DNA of 64,000 bases from a virus. Under the pieces are notes generated by a model, which saw only the letters and a list, made by a program, of their open reading frames with translations, was not told the DNA's origin and ran no database searches. The stretch lies in IMG/VR virus record IMGVR_UViG_3300032053_000040, positions 13,292-77,291 of that record; one strand, given 5' to 3'. Made by a program: the position numbers and the translations under genes. This document shows, piece by piece, positions 19,421 to 30,075 of the stretch; positions within the stretch are counted from its first letter, which is position 1; each line of letters starts with the position of its first letter.

Positions 19421-20152
19421 AGATGCAGAAGTTAAGGGATGACGGAATGGAAAAAGACAACGATATCCCCGATCTGGTTGAGGTACTTGCGGTACTGATC
19501 TGCTGGATTGGTATGATTGTTTTTGTGTATCTCTCTCGATGAAGGTGGTTAGCAAACATGTGTAACGTTTCAGGTGTAAGCAGGGCGATGATAGCCCACG
19601 GGTTGATAGAAGCAGTAAAGCAACTGCCAAATGGCAGGAGTTTTCTTCTGAAAGATGTCGTCCAGAACATGAATCCTGGAAATGCAGCGACTCTGCTCAA
19701 GTTCCGGGGTCTTATCAGGTTGGCTAATAGGGGGCCCTACGGTAATCCCCATTCTTGGAGAACCACGGAGAAACACCGGAGGCTTCTTGAATACTGGGAG
19801 GAGCGGGGGGTATGACATGAACCCAGTTGAATCGATGGGTCTACTCGTGATAGGTGGAATCCTAATCTGGATGATTTGCACAAAGATTACAGATAGTCGC
19901 GATCTCCCCTATCCGATGGAACATATCTACCTGAAGAGGCTAGACCCGGAGGTGGGCACGAAAAACCTACCTCCATGGACAATTATTAATGATTTCAAGT
20001 GGACGTATTCAGAGTCAGATCGAGCCTACATCGCGTTTCATAAAAACCAAAAATTCAAGTTACTCCAGATCGCAGCTCGCGGAACCTATGCGGTAGCAGT
20101 AGAACGCATCTTTGGGTTCGATATGACAATTTAATAGAAAAAGAAATAAAGT

Positions 20153-20485
20153 ATGACCGATGCAACTTCCGTTATGAATCCGGTGAAAAAGTTACTGGAG
20201 TTGGACAGGCAGGCCGGCGAGAAGCTCACGGCCAGGCTGGAAGAGGCGGAGGCTTCTGAAGGCGGTAAGAAAACCAAACGAGGGCTTCAGATTGCGGTCT
20301 CCCTTGTTCTCATCCTGGGAGGGTTCTTTTTTATACTCGTTGGTGTGGGGATGATCGCAACGTTAATAGGAATACCTCTCGGTATAGGATTCCTTCTAGC
20401 TGGGGGTGCTCTAATCGCAGCCGGCGCGAAGTTCTGGAATTTCAAACCAGGGACGGAAAAAGATATAAGTTCAGGAGGTGCATAG
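20153..20485 (+). CDS. Two-TM membrane protein
   Basis: Long hydrophobic hairpin containing TLIGIPLG. Confidence 0.65.
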   Translation: MTDATSVMNPVKKLLELDRQAGEKLTARLEEAEASEGGKKTKRGLQIAVSLVLILGGFFFILVGVGMIATLIGIPLGIGFLLAGGALIAAGAKFWNFKPGTEKDISSGGA

Positions 20486-20646
20486 AAGACCTGGGACGAG
20501 CAGAACAAGTCGACTTACCCTATTTGTCGAATCCCTTCGATATCTACACCTCCGCTGGCGAAGCGTCCGGTGGCATCCGGGCCGGCGGAAAACCTGGTCG
20601 GCTCTTAGATCACTCATCCGTTGAGACTGCTCGTCCCGGTTCTTCT
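20484..20646 (+). ncRNA. Candidate multi-branched structured RNA
   Basis: 20-bp closing stem (one mismatch, one G-U) and at least 3 internal helices. Confidence 0.6.
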
Positions 20647-20678
20647 TCTCTTTAGTCTGCGGCAAACAGAGGTGTTTT

Positions 20679-21026
20679 TTGATGGATAACGAAGAGTTCA
20701 TGCGCATAGTGGGTTGTCGAATGGCTAAATGTCTATCAGTGCTGGAGCCAAAGGGGAAAGAGTATTCTCGTTCACATGACCGCCTATGGAACTTCCGGCG
20801 AGCTGGCGAGATTCTAGGAAACACTCCAGAAGACGCATGTCTAGGAATGATGGTGAAACATTTCGTCAGCATAATGGATATGGTCCGGGACTGCAACGAG
20901 GGCAAATCCACCCCACAGGTGACCAAAGATGAGAAGTTCAACGATCTCCATAACTATCTCTACCTGCTCGAAGCCCTAATCAGCGAACACAACAATCCGA
21001 CGCTGGAAGATGATACCGAACTATGA
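20679..21026 (+). CDS. All-alpha NTP pyrophosphatase-like (nucleotide-modification-associated) protein
   Basis: KGKEYS...DRLWNF...KH...EKFNDLHNYLYLL. Confidence 0.6.
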   Translation: MMDNEEFMRIVGCRMAKCLSVLEPKGKEYSRSHDRLWNFRRAGEILGNTPEDACLGMMVKHFVSIMDMVRDCNEGKSTPQVTKDEKFNDLHNYLYLLEALISEHNNPTLEDDTEL

Positions 21027-21337
21027 AATACTTAGATGAACTGGATTTAACACCATTAGAGTTTATCTGGCTTGGGATAATAATTATAATGGCGACAATA
21101 TGGTTGTTCCTAATAATCATATTGATTAGGGTATTTATTTAGGATGGAGACTTCTGGTGAGTATGACCAGCCAGTGCGACTCCTGTGGCGCCGAAACATG
21201 CGAAGGATGTACTGCCGTCCCTTTTATGAGCATCGAGACAGATGACGGCCTCCATCTCATCATTCCTCCGTGGAACAAGAAGAAGCCACCAGAAGAAGTG
21301 AAATCAAAATGGGACGTCCCGATCTATATCTAAAACC

Positions 21338-21709
21338 ATGAAACCAAGATCAGCTAAAGCAAAAGGACGCTCGTTACAGAACGAGGTCCGCAACCAGATC
21401 TGCGACCAGATGTTGATCTCTCCGATAGACGTTCGGTCCACTCCGTCGAGCTCATCAGGCTGCGACATAATCCTATCCGGTGCGGCTAGACAAAAATTTC
21501 CCTGGGCCGTCGAATGTAAAAAGGTAGAACGGCTCAACGTCTGGTCTGCCTGGGACCAGGCCGCCAGGAACGCAGCCAAAGAATCTCTCAATCCTCTCCT
21601 AGTGATCAAAAGGAACCGCAGCGAAACGCTGGTGGTCCTCAAGTGGGACGACTTCATGGAATTAAACAAGCAGAGGTGCAAATGTCCTCCGACAACGCCC
21701 TCGTCTTGA
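21338..21709 (+). CDS. Holliday junction resolvase-like PD-(D/E)XK nuclease
   Basis: SAKAKGR...GCDIIL...AVECKKVERLN...AWDQA...PLLVIKRNR. Confidence 0.8.
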   Translation: MKPRSAKAKGRSLQNEVRNQICDQMLISPIDVRSTPSSSSGCDIILSGAARQKFPWAVECKKVERLNVWSAWDQAARNAAKESLNPLLVIKRNRSETLVVLKWDDFMELNKQRCKCPPTTPSS

Positions 21710-22698
21710 CCTACGATAGCAATTCAGACATCTACGAACTTGTAGATCGCGCCGTGGGGCAGCCAAACGAAAAAGGAATAACAGTCCTTCGAACTCCAAG
21801 TCTCTTCAGTGCTCTCTCGTGCGCAGAGTCCTATCTGAGGGAGAACCCGGTTGAATACGGTCTGAGGTTGCGTGGCTTCAATTCGCCTCGTGAAGATCCT
21901 GAGCCATCCAGTGGCGATTGAGATCATGGTCTCACCAGTAGCGATGCGGATGACCATATTCCTGATCAAACTATCGATACTGACTATGATCTCCAGGTAA
22001 CTTTAAATATCATAAAAACTTATTTAATAAACAGGTGGGTTTAGATTGGACGACAAAATCCAAATCGAAACAATTGCCTGGCGAGATATTGAGCAAGATT
22101 TCATAGTCGAGCTTCATGCAGAAAAGGAGGTGTACCAGGAATTCTTAAAAATACTAGGCGACAACCAGCCTGAAAAGCAATATATCACCGCTCGCCACGA
22201 TGGCAAAAAGGTTCTGGTCCGCACAATCCTAAACCGCGATCAGTTGAACAAGCTAATCATGCTTGCGTGCCCGGAAAGATACATGAAGCTCCAGGGTGAG
22301 ATTGAAAGCGCAATTATCGAATCAAAATTACGGTAAGGAGTGATTGAAAGAATGAGTGAACTAGGCGAAGCGGTAGACGCCATTATGGAAACGGCACAGA
22401 AGGCATCGCACATCAATTACGACAGTCGTGGAGACATGGAAGCCAAGAACAAAAAGCTGAGGATGATCTCACAGCTTCTTGGCGACATCAAAGGATACCT
22501 CAAGGAGGCCCAGAAAGCCGAAAAGGACGAAGCGGCCATGCTAGGCAGCATCTTCCTCACCGACAGCCGGCACGTCTCTCTGGACGAGTTCGAGGACGTT
22601 CTCGTAACGCCAGGAGAGGATGTACCAGCGGGCGATCTTGCAGAGGATATAGCCAATCCACCCGGCCTACTTTCTGGAGGAGACGACACGGAGGTATC

Positions 22699-23253
22699 TT
22701 GAGTTCAGGCCCCCTCCCCCCCTCCGCACCTCCCCCCCCTCCCCCGGGATCAACCGCCCAGCACAATGAATCACAGGACATATCCCTGCGCTCGGCACCG
22801 GGTACATGTTGTCCCGAAATGCAAATCAAGGACGGCATATGCGAAGGCTGCGGGAAAGTCTACATTGCGCAGAGGCTCGACGCACTTTACGCCAGGATCC
22901 CGGACTTCAAGTGTCTCGAAGGCTGCTCTCAGTGCTGCGGCGCGGCAGTCCCGATGCTCGAGATAGAGTCCGAGAGGTTCAAACACAAACGCCGCACCAC
23001 GAACTTCCACCATTGCCCACATCTTAAGAAAGGCAAATGCGACGAGTACGACAAGAGGCCGATGATCTGTCGAATGTTTGGCACCAGCGAGCACCCCCAT
23101 CTCAGATGCCCGATAAACAAAAGCCCCAAGAAGCTATTGACACTGGGAGAGACCAACGAGATCATGAAGGAGTACGAGACGTTAGCTCCTCTCGGCCTAC
23201 CGTTTCTGATCAAACGAACTGGATCCATAAGGATCATAGGCAGGCGAGCATGA
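22699..23253 (+). CDS. YkgJ-like CxxCxxCC (Fe-S/Zn cluster) protein; start uncertain
   Basis: CLEGCSQCC...CPHL...CDEYDKRPMICRMF. Confidence 0.75.
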   Translation: MSSGPLPPSAPPPPPPGSTAQHNESQDISLRSAPGTCCPEMQIKDGICEGCGKVYIAQRLDALYARIPDFKCLEGCSQCCGAAVPMLEIESERFKHKRRTTNFHHCPHLKKGKCDEYDKRPMICRMFGTSEHPHLRCPINKSPKKLLTLGETNEIMKEYETLAPLGLPFLIKRTGSIRIIGRRA

Positions 23254-25430
23254 ACTGGGCTCTATCGTGGGCAGAGATCGTCGCGATTGTGGCATGTTTC
23301 CTAGCAGGATTCCTGATGATTCCCATTCTTCGCGTCTTGGGGATCCGGGGGCGAACGTGAGCAAGAAACGTGACATTCTAGCAGTCATCGCATCACTCAT
23401 CTCCGTATTATCCTTCCTGGCCTACCTGATATCAATTCTTAACGGTAGCGTCCCTATTTCGACGACCACGACCGACGACGGCCAGCAGACGATAGTGTAC
23501 TTCAAGTTCATAGACCAGGGCAATTACTACATCCTAGACTACAACGATAGCCTCCACCAGGTCGGCAAGAAAGACTTTGAGGATGCAGAGATCATGAAAC
23601 CAGTGAGGATACGGAAATGACCGACAAGCTAACAACACATATCAAAGGACTAAGATATTATCACTCAGGTCACTCAGCATATGCAGCAAAACCGGATTGC
23701 ATCATCGACGAATCACCGCTGCAATTCGATTACTCCCTTTACCCAATGCCCCCTAGCAAATCGATGCTATCGAGCATATTATTTACTCCCCCCACAAAAA
23801 GTGATATCCGCGAACGCCTGGCAGCATTAGCACACGATCAATGGAGCGGCTGGATGAAGTACCTATTCAAGAAATGCCAGATGAACGATGACGGCACGGT
23901 GACGATTCCGGCCTGGGCAGTCGAAAGATGGTCCCGTCAGATGTTAACGGGATATAAAGACCTGCCAGAGGATGAGAAGGAGAGCGACCGGAAAGAGGCC
24001 GACAGATACCTGATGATAATCAATGAGAACGGGAGGTGATAGATTTGATAGATAGGACAAAGATAGACGAAGCAATTAAAGAAATCAGTGAAGCCAAGGC
24101 ACAAAACAGGGAACCAGAAGTTAGCCTTCTTGGTACCCTACTCGAATCCATTGCGTTGCACGTCGAAAGAAGGATAGACGAGAAGATAGCAGAGGCCCTA
24201 AATATTCGAAATAAGGAGATCAAGGATCTGCGTGGAGATAGAGACGACGCTAGAAAAGAGATCGCATGGCTACGAGCAAAAGAAGACAAAGGAATCTCCT
24301 CACCAAATGGAGGCACTGGAGGATAAGCCATGACGCACAAGATCTACTATTCCAAAAAACAGGACGATGTTTATCTATCTTCCTGCTCCAGCCATGATCT
24401 CTTCTCATTTTACGCATACGCCAAGCTCACTGATGGTAGAATCGTCCGATATACTGAGATGTGTGATGGAGAACCAAGTGGAAAGTGGGACGATTATATA
24501 TTCCTGGGAGAAGGGGATTGGTACCGCTCCTCAGATAAGCTTTTAGCAGGTCCTGATATCTGTAATTTTCCAGGATCCTCAGCAGCGGAGGCCGGTGACA
24601 AGTCATGAGATCCGAAGAGGAGATTCGAGAAATGCGTGAAAGTAACCACACACGCCGAGCAAATTTGAGTAGATGGATGGCGTTCCTCCGATGGTTCGGC
24701 CCGGAGAAGCAGGAGGAACGATGACTGCAATTTTCTGGAGATGTCAGAACTGCGGAAAAGAATTCCCTGGCGGGATATACCCCACACGGCCGTGTGAATT
24801 CTGCCAAGGATCTGTAGTAGAGTACACATATGCAGACCCTGAATTACAAATCGGAGGACACCATGCCCATTGACGACGCTTGGCTTCAGCGGGTGCGAGA
24901 ACTTTGTGATGATGAGTCGGCTAGAATATTCGAAGAAGAAATCCGAGGGATATTAGATACGCCCGATGCCCGAGCAAGACAGAAGGCTATTTATAAGTAT
25001 CTCCTTGAACATCTGAAAGAAGCCCTGGCCGAAATCGAGAAGATTTGGGTCGAGATCGATGAGCATACCTTAAAACGAATCGAAGCGGAAGCCAGATTAG
25101 GGGCATCTATCCAAGATTTTGAAGAGAAAATTGAAGAGAGTGATACCAAACTCTCCCAGCTCCGCGAGGCGCTGGTGTGCGAGCGGGCAAAACCAATATG
25201 GGGCGACAAGGATGAAGCCCGCCATCTACTTGCCGAGGAATATCCTGATTTAGCCCCCTGGCGCGAAGAGGATGCGAAATGAGCGAGATGAAAGTCGATG
25301 CAGGAGTTGTTATTGATTTTGAGAATTCCACGGTAAGACAAGGACCCACTATTGTGGGCATGGTACGAGGTCTTGAAAAAGAGATCGTCGCCATCAAGAA
25401 GCGTCTCGATGCCCTGGAGGATGCGAAATC

Positions 25431-25874
25431 TTGATAGATAGCGACGATCCGCATAATTGGTTATTGCTTTCTCGGATGCCCGAGTTTTGGGAGATGGCTG
25501 GTCATCTATCCTCAGAAGAAACAACACAAAGATGGGCAGAGATTCCGGTATATTATAAACCATTGGCATATACTATTATTCGGTTATCAATCTGGATGCC
25601 AGGATGTTCGTGCTTCTTTTTTAGGCAAATGCTTTTCATATGTTATAAGCGCCTTTTAGAACGAGGGCAGATTGATCTTGAGAGAAAGCCCATCAAACCG
25701 GTTGATATTCACCTTCCCTATTATTGGTATGGGGATGGTGTTATGGTTCCACCTGAATATATTGTGAAGATCTCCAACGGGATCGTAGGTTTTAGGTGTG
25801 ACGAATCGGTGGAAAAGTGCCTAATGAGCAAGGAAGAATGCAGATTTAGAGATGTCCTGGAGGAGAAGAGATGA
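25431..25874 (+). CDS. Hypothetical protein (lower GC)
   Basis: 147-aa ORF with PYYWYGDGV. Confidence 0.5.
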   Translation: MIDSDDPHNWLLLSRMPEFWEMAGHLSSEETTQRWAEIPVYYKPLAYTIIRLSIWMPGCSCFFFRQMLFICYKRLLERGQIDLERKPIKPVDIHLPYYWYGDGVMVPPEYIVKISNGIVGFRCDESVEKCLMSKEECRFRDVLEEKR

Positions 25875-26314
25875 AAGTCTACCTGGCAAGCAGTTGGAAG
25901 AACATTGTTATGGTTCGAAAGGTAGCAGAGGATCTGAGGAAGAAAGACATCGAGGTAGAGGACTTCACCGACCCGTCAAATGGACACCATACCTTTTGCT
26001 GGCAGGATATCGAACCATCGGTTCGGGCTCACCTAAATACCAAGACCTTTGTCCAGGATCATCGCACAGTAGAAGCCTATTTCGAGGACATAGGCAGGAT
26101 TGAATGGTGCGATGCTCTCCTCATGATAATGCCCTGCGCTAAATCCTCGCATATCGAATTTGGATATGCCAAGGCTCTCGGGAAGAAGTGCCTCATATAC
26201 TATCCAGGCGGCCTAGTGCAGGGCGAGTTCGAGACTATGTACGTAGGCGCAACCCTCATCACCGACGCCTGGGACGAAATCGTGTCCTACCTGAGGTGGG
26301 GGTATAGGACATGA
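25871..26314 (+). CDS. Nucleoside 2-deoxyribosyltransferase-like protein
   Basis: KVYLASSW...FEDIGRIEWCDALL...SSHIEFGYAKALGK. Confidence 0.8.
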   Translation: MKVYLASSWKNIVMVRKVAEDLRKKDIEVEDFTDPSNGHHTFCWQDIEPSVRAHLNTKTFVQDHRTVEAYFEDIGRIEWCDALLMIMPCAKSSHIEFGYAKALGKKCLIYYPGGLVQGEFETMYVGATLITDAWDEIVSYLRWGYRT

Positions 26315-26633
26315 TCACCGTAACCATTAGTATCAATGGCAAAACGATCTACGCCAGGAGCGCAAGACACACAGGAGATAGTGAAGACGGAGTAGCCATT
26401 TACACGCTTGACACTGGGGACAAGCTCCTCCATGTACGCAAGGATGGCGCCGTGGTCCTGGCGAAGAAGATGTTAGATACGATATTCGATATATGATCAC
26501 AGAACAGAGGATGGATAAGGCAAATTGATATAACCGGCTGTTTTATAGGAACTTTTAAATACTAAAAACGTTCATAAATCCAAATCATCCCATAAGAATA
26601 AAGGTGGGCACAAAAAAATAGCAACAGAGAGGT

Positions 26634-27125
26634 TTGATAGAAATGTACGGAAAAGCAATGGTTGGATTGGTGATCATGCTCATATCAGCATGTTCAATGG
26701 TGGCAACGGCTGAAGACATCTCCCTCAAGGCTGGAGGTATCTCTATGAAATTCCCAGTTGAGGGTGTGGTATCAAAGCAAATTATAGGCCCCGAAGTTCA
26801 GCTCCTGACGACCGGTGGAGCATCAGCTCACGTCTCAATTGAGTGCAGGGGCGAAGGGGTGTTCGCTTCGCTTCCGGCCCCGGAACAGGTGAAGGATGTT
26901 CTCACCAGGATGCTGCCCACTGGCACAAAGGCAACTTATGAGTACGGCGACAATTGCGCAGTAATAGCCAAAAGCGACGGCAAATTCACAGCTATCGTCC
27001 CCATAGATCCCTGGCACTTTGCCTTGGCAAAATCGGACAACCGCGACCTGATCCAGGCAGTCATCATGGCAAAATTCAGTGGTCAGATGCTGACCAACTC
27101 CGGGGACGTTGACGAAAACCCATGA
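26634..27125 (+). CDS. Secreted protein with signal peptide
   Basis: N-terminal signal sequence; AT-rich promoter region upstream and terminator downstream. Confidence 0.6.
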   Translation: MIEMYGKAMVGLVIMLISACSMVATAEDISLKAGGISMKFPVEGVVSKQIIGPEVQLLTTGGASAHVSIECRGEGVFASLPAPEQVKDVLTRMLPTGTKATYEYGDNCAVIAKSDGKFTAIVPIDPWHFALAKSDNRDLIQAVIMAKFSGQMLTNSGDVDENP

Positions 27126-27126
27126 T

Positions 27127-27150
27127 CAGCGGTGACGACCGCTGTTTTTT
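27127..27150 (+). terminator. Hairpin plus T6 terminator
   Basis: CAGCGGT/ACCGCTG followed by TTTTTT. Confidence 0.6.
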
Positions 27151-27301
27151 AATTTTTTTGGGCGGAAAGATAAATGGAAAACGAAACCAAGGATCAACGA
27201 GCCTATTCTAACAACGAAGATCCGAGCGGCAAAAAGACGCTTGAACCTATCGTCATCCACGGATTGGGCAGTGGAGAATATTCTTACTATTAACATGGGA
27301 T

Positions 27302-27388
27302 GCCGCTTTAGCTCAGGTAGGCCAGAGCGCCCGGCCTGTACTGAATCAGGAAACCGGAAGATCGCCGGTTCGACTCCGGCAAGCGGCT
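27302..27388 (+). tRNA. tRNA-Thr(UGU) with a 12-nt intron at 37/38
   Basis: Acceptor GCCGCTT/AAGCGGC, U73, D stem GCTC/GAGC, T arm GCCGG-TTCGACT-CCGGC; bulge-helix motif CCTG/CAGG with TAC and AAA bulges. Confidence 0.75.
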
Positions 27389-28219
27389 TTGAATGGAGAA
27401 AACAATGCAAACAAATTTCAAGATAGGCGATAAAGTTTTATTCCTGCCAGGAGCAGCTTATGGATCCAGGCCCTTTCCAGAGTGCGAACGAGGAACGATA
27501 ACAGGCTTCTCCACAGGATTAAGGCCAAGATTATCCACCATCAAAGCATACGATCACAAAAACTTTGGTGGGCCGATGATCCAATCCCATCCTATAATTG
27601 TCAAATGGGATAAGAAACAATTTAGATTGGCCATCTCCTCAATAAGTCCTAGCGATCTAATAAAACTGGATGACCTGTGATGTTCAACTGCATATTCGAC
27701 GTTGACTGCGACACCTTCATAATAGAGCACATAAACTTGTTTGAACGACAGCAAGGCAACTTCAGTCGTCTAGTACGAAACCTGGGTAACCACGGCTACG
27801 AGATCCAGGTCCTCAAGCCAGCCTACCAAATGAGAGAGATCCTATCCCATCTAGGATTCATTCAGGTAGGAGAAGATTGGATAAAACCAAAGGGAAGTGG
27901 TGAGCTGCGCAAGATCCCACGATTCTCATCCGACCCAACGTTCGAGCCCTTTTTCGAATTTAAATTAAAATTGGCGCCAGATGCTGTTGCAGGAAACAAG
28001 ACTTCTGAAATTATCTAATAAGCAGCCATACGAAGGTTCCCACCTCACCGATTCCAAAGACTACCAGAATATGCCCCCTCCCCCGCCCACACCCCTACCT
28101 CACGAGCTCCAAATGCCCCTCAAAAGCATATTCGAGGCTATAGAGGATTATATCTCTCTAGCCAAAACTTAACTATCTGCCATGTTTCTTCCCGTCAAAA
28201 TCGTTCTTAATATACTGTT

Positions 28220-28357
28220 TTAGGAAGTCCCCCCTTCTCTGCCGACCATCACTTCCTAAGTGCGGTACGAAAGTGTTTTGGAAGTCTCTCTCCGGGGCAA
28301 AACCCAAAAAAAGAGACTGTTCCGGCCCTAGAATTGCAGCAAACGACTTATAGGGCC
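28220..28357. ncRNA. Three consecutive intergenic hairpins (candidate sRNA or leader)
   Basis: TTAGGAAGT/ACTTCCTAA, GTCTCT/AGAGAC, GGCCCTA/TAGGGCC. Confidence 0.4.
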
Positions 28358-28436
28358 ATCGCACAATTTTATAACCGGCGAGCTTTAAAGTTTCCGCGAA
28401 AGAACGAACAATCCATACCTTTTCAAGGGGGAGACG

Positions 28437-29390
28437 TTGGATACTGACGCCAAAGGTCGTTTCCAAAATGGAAACAAACAGTTTACCAAGCAGAAACGTG
28501 ACTCTTTAGGACATTTTTTGTCGGCGAAAGCGCCGCTTGGTAACGGTTCCGATAGAAAGAAATTCTCTAAAAAAGAAGTTGAGTCGGCGATCAAACTCAT
28601 CGAGAACTCCGGCTATTTTGTAACCAAAACCCCCCTCCAGCAGGGGTACACATTCGACCTCGACATCGATCCGGTGAAGGGCAAGACATACAAGATCGGC
28701 TGCGTCTCGGACACTCACCTCGGGTCCAAGTACCAACAGCTCAAGAGCCTCCATCGGTTCTACAAGCACTGCGCAGACGAGGGCATAACCACGATCCTCC
28801 ATGCCGGCGACATATGCGACGGCATGTTTGTCTATAAAGGCCACGAGTTCGAGGTCTTCCGACATGGTGCAGACGAGATCTGCGAGTACGTTTGCCAGAA
28901 CTATCCAGACTATGGGATAACGACCGAGCTTCTCTGCGGCAACCACGATGAGTCTCTATATCGGCGTTCCGGGATGGACATAGGCGAAGCAATAAGCAAT
29001 AAGAGGAAAGACATAATCCACAGAGGATTTCATAGCGCAAATTTCCTCGTGGGCGACTTGAAGATAGCACTGCACCACGGAATCGGTGGAACGGCCTACG
29101 CCAGATCATATAAGTGTCAGAAGCTTGCAGAGGCACACGTTGAGGACGATCCCGCAGAAGCCGCCAGGATCATAATACTCGGTCATTACCACTGTTCATG
29201 TATCCTTCCCGACTACATGAAATTTTTTATGGTACAAATGGGATGTTTCCAGGCACAAACGAGTCTCGGCCGGCGCCTGGGCCGCATCCCCGATATAGCC
29301 GGCATAATCCTGGAGTTCAAAGGTGGCAGATCATTCAGCGTGCCTAAGTGTACCTATCTCAAGTACGATAGCGTAAAGGAGGACTACTAA
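28437..29390 (+). CDS. Calcineurin-like metallophosphoesterase
   Basis: SDTH, HAGDICDG, GNHD, HHG and GHYH motifs. Confidence 0.9.
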   Translation: MDTDAKGRFQNGNKQFTKQKRDSLGHFLSAKAPLGNGSDRKKFSKKEVESAIKLIENSGYFVTKTPLQQGYTFDLDIDPVKGKTYKIGCVSDTHLGSKYQQLKSLHRFYKHCADEGITTILHAGDICDGMFVYKGHEFEVFRHGADEICEYVCQNYPDYGITTELLCGNHDESLYRRSGMDIGEAISNKRKDIIHRGFHSANFLVGDLKIALHHGIGGTAYARSYKCQKLAEAHVEDDPAEAARIIILGHYHCSCILPDYMKFFMVQMGCFQAQTSLGRRLGRIPDIAGIILEFKGGRSFSVPKCTYLKYDSVKEDY

Positions 29391-29655
29391 GTTCAGGCCA
29401 AGTCTGCTTTGATTTTCCCCAGTTGGTACACGATACTTAACACGGGAGCAAGGTTGGTGTCTCAACCGGGGGTCTCCATTATAAAAAAATATCTAGCGAT
29501 CTCGTTTAAAATCGATTTTAAGACACTTTTTTTCATCCCCCCACCTCCAATTACCTTTTCTGATTTTTCATGGCCTTAAATCAGATTTAAATGAACCCAT
29601 AGCGGCGACTGTGTTTTAGCACCAAAACGCAACAGTTTCCATCTGATTCTGAGAT

Positions 29656-29968
29656 AGAACGATCATCAGAAAACTGTCAACTACCCCACCCTGAAGGATG
29701 TGGCTTGCGACTACGCAAAAAGTCGTGTCGCTATCGGCTGGTTGACTCCAGATGGCGAATCCTGGGATTATTCCGGCAGCCTGCTTTGGACGGAGAGCTT
29801 GACGCCGTTAAGTGGTTAAGTCGTTTCTGCTTAACTCGGCCCAGATCCTTGCGGATCTCATGCCTTCCAAAGCGATTGATTTCCGTTCACCGTCTCTCTT
29901 CGGTTGTCCGAAGTGCCCTACCTTCTTGCGAAGGCGGAAATCTGTTTCCTGGCCTGTTACCAGGGAAC
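29656..29968 (-). ncRNA. omega-RNA-like structured RNA with a putative 3' guide
   Basis: Minus-strand TTAATATA promoter at 29992-29999; nested helices with GCAA tetraloops; GTCAAC/GTTGAC terminal pairing. Confidence 0.6.
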
Positions 29969-30075
29969 TATAGAGATATTATGCTTAATGGTATATTAAG
30001 GTATTTGCGGCAACGGTGGGGCCAATTCATCCCCGCCCTGAAGGATGGGGTCTTCTTGGACACGGAGAGAAAACT
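29676..30075 (-). mobile_element. Non-autonomous IS200/IS605-family element (400 bp, no tnpA or tnpB)
   Basis: Two related subterminal hairpins CCCCACCCTGAAGGATGTGG and CCCCGCCCTGAAGGATGGGG; minus strand ends GGGGTAGTTGAC and starts immediately 3' of TTTAT. Confidence 0.8.

Noticed and set aside
27302-27388. Reading the tRNA as Tyr(GUA)
   Set aside because: It would need a C31-A39 mismatch and breaks the bulge-helix register; acceptor stem and U73 fit Thr.
27241-27426. 61-aa ORF
   Set aside because: Overlaps the tRNA gene.
29676-30075. IscB/HEARO orientation or group I intron (IStron)
   Set aside because: GNRA loops and the promoter are on the minus strand (TnpB-like 3' guide), and I could not identify group I P7 core motifs; not excluded without a covariance search.
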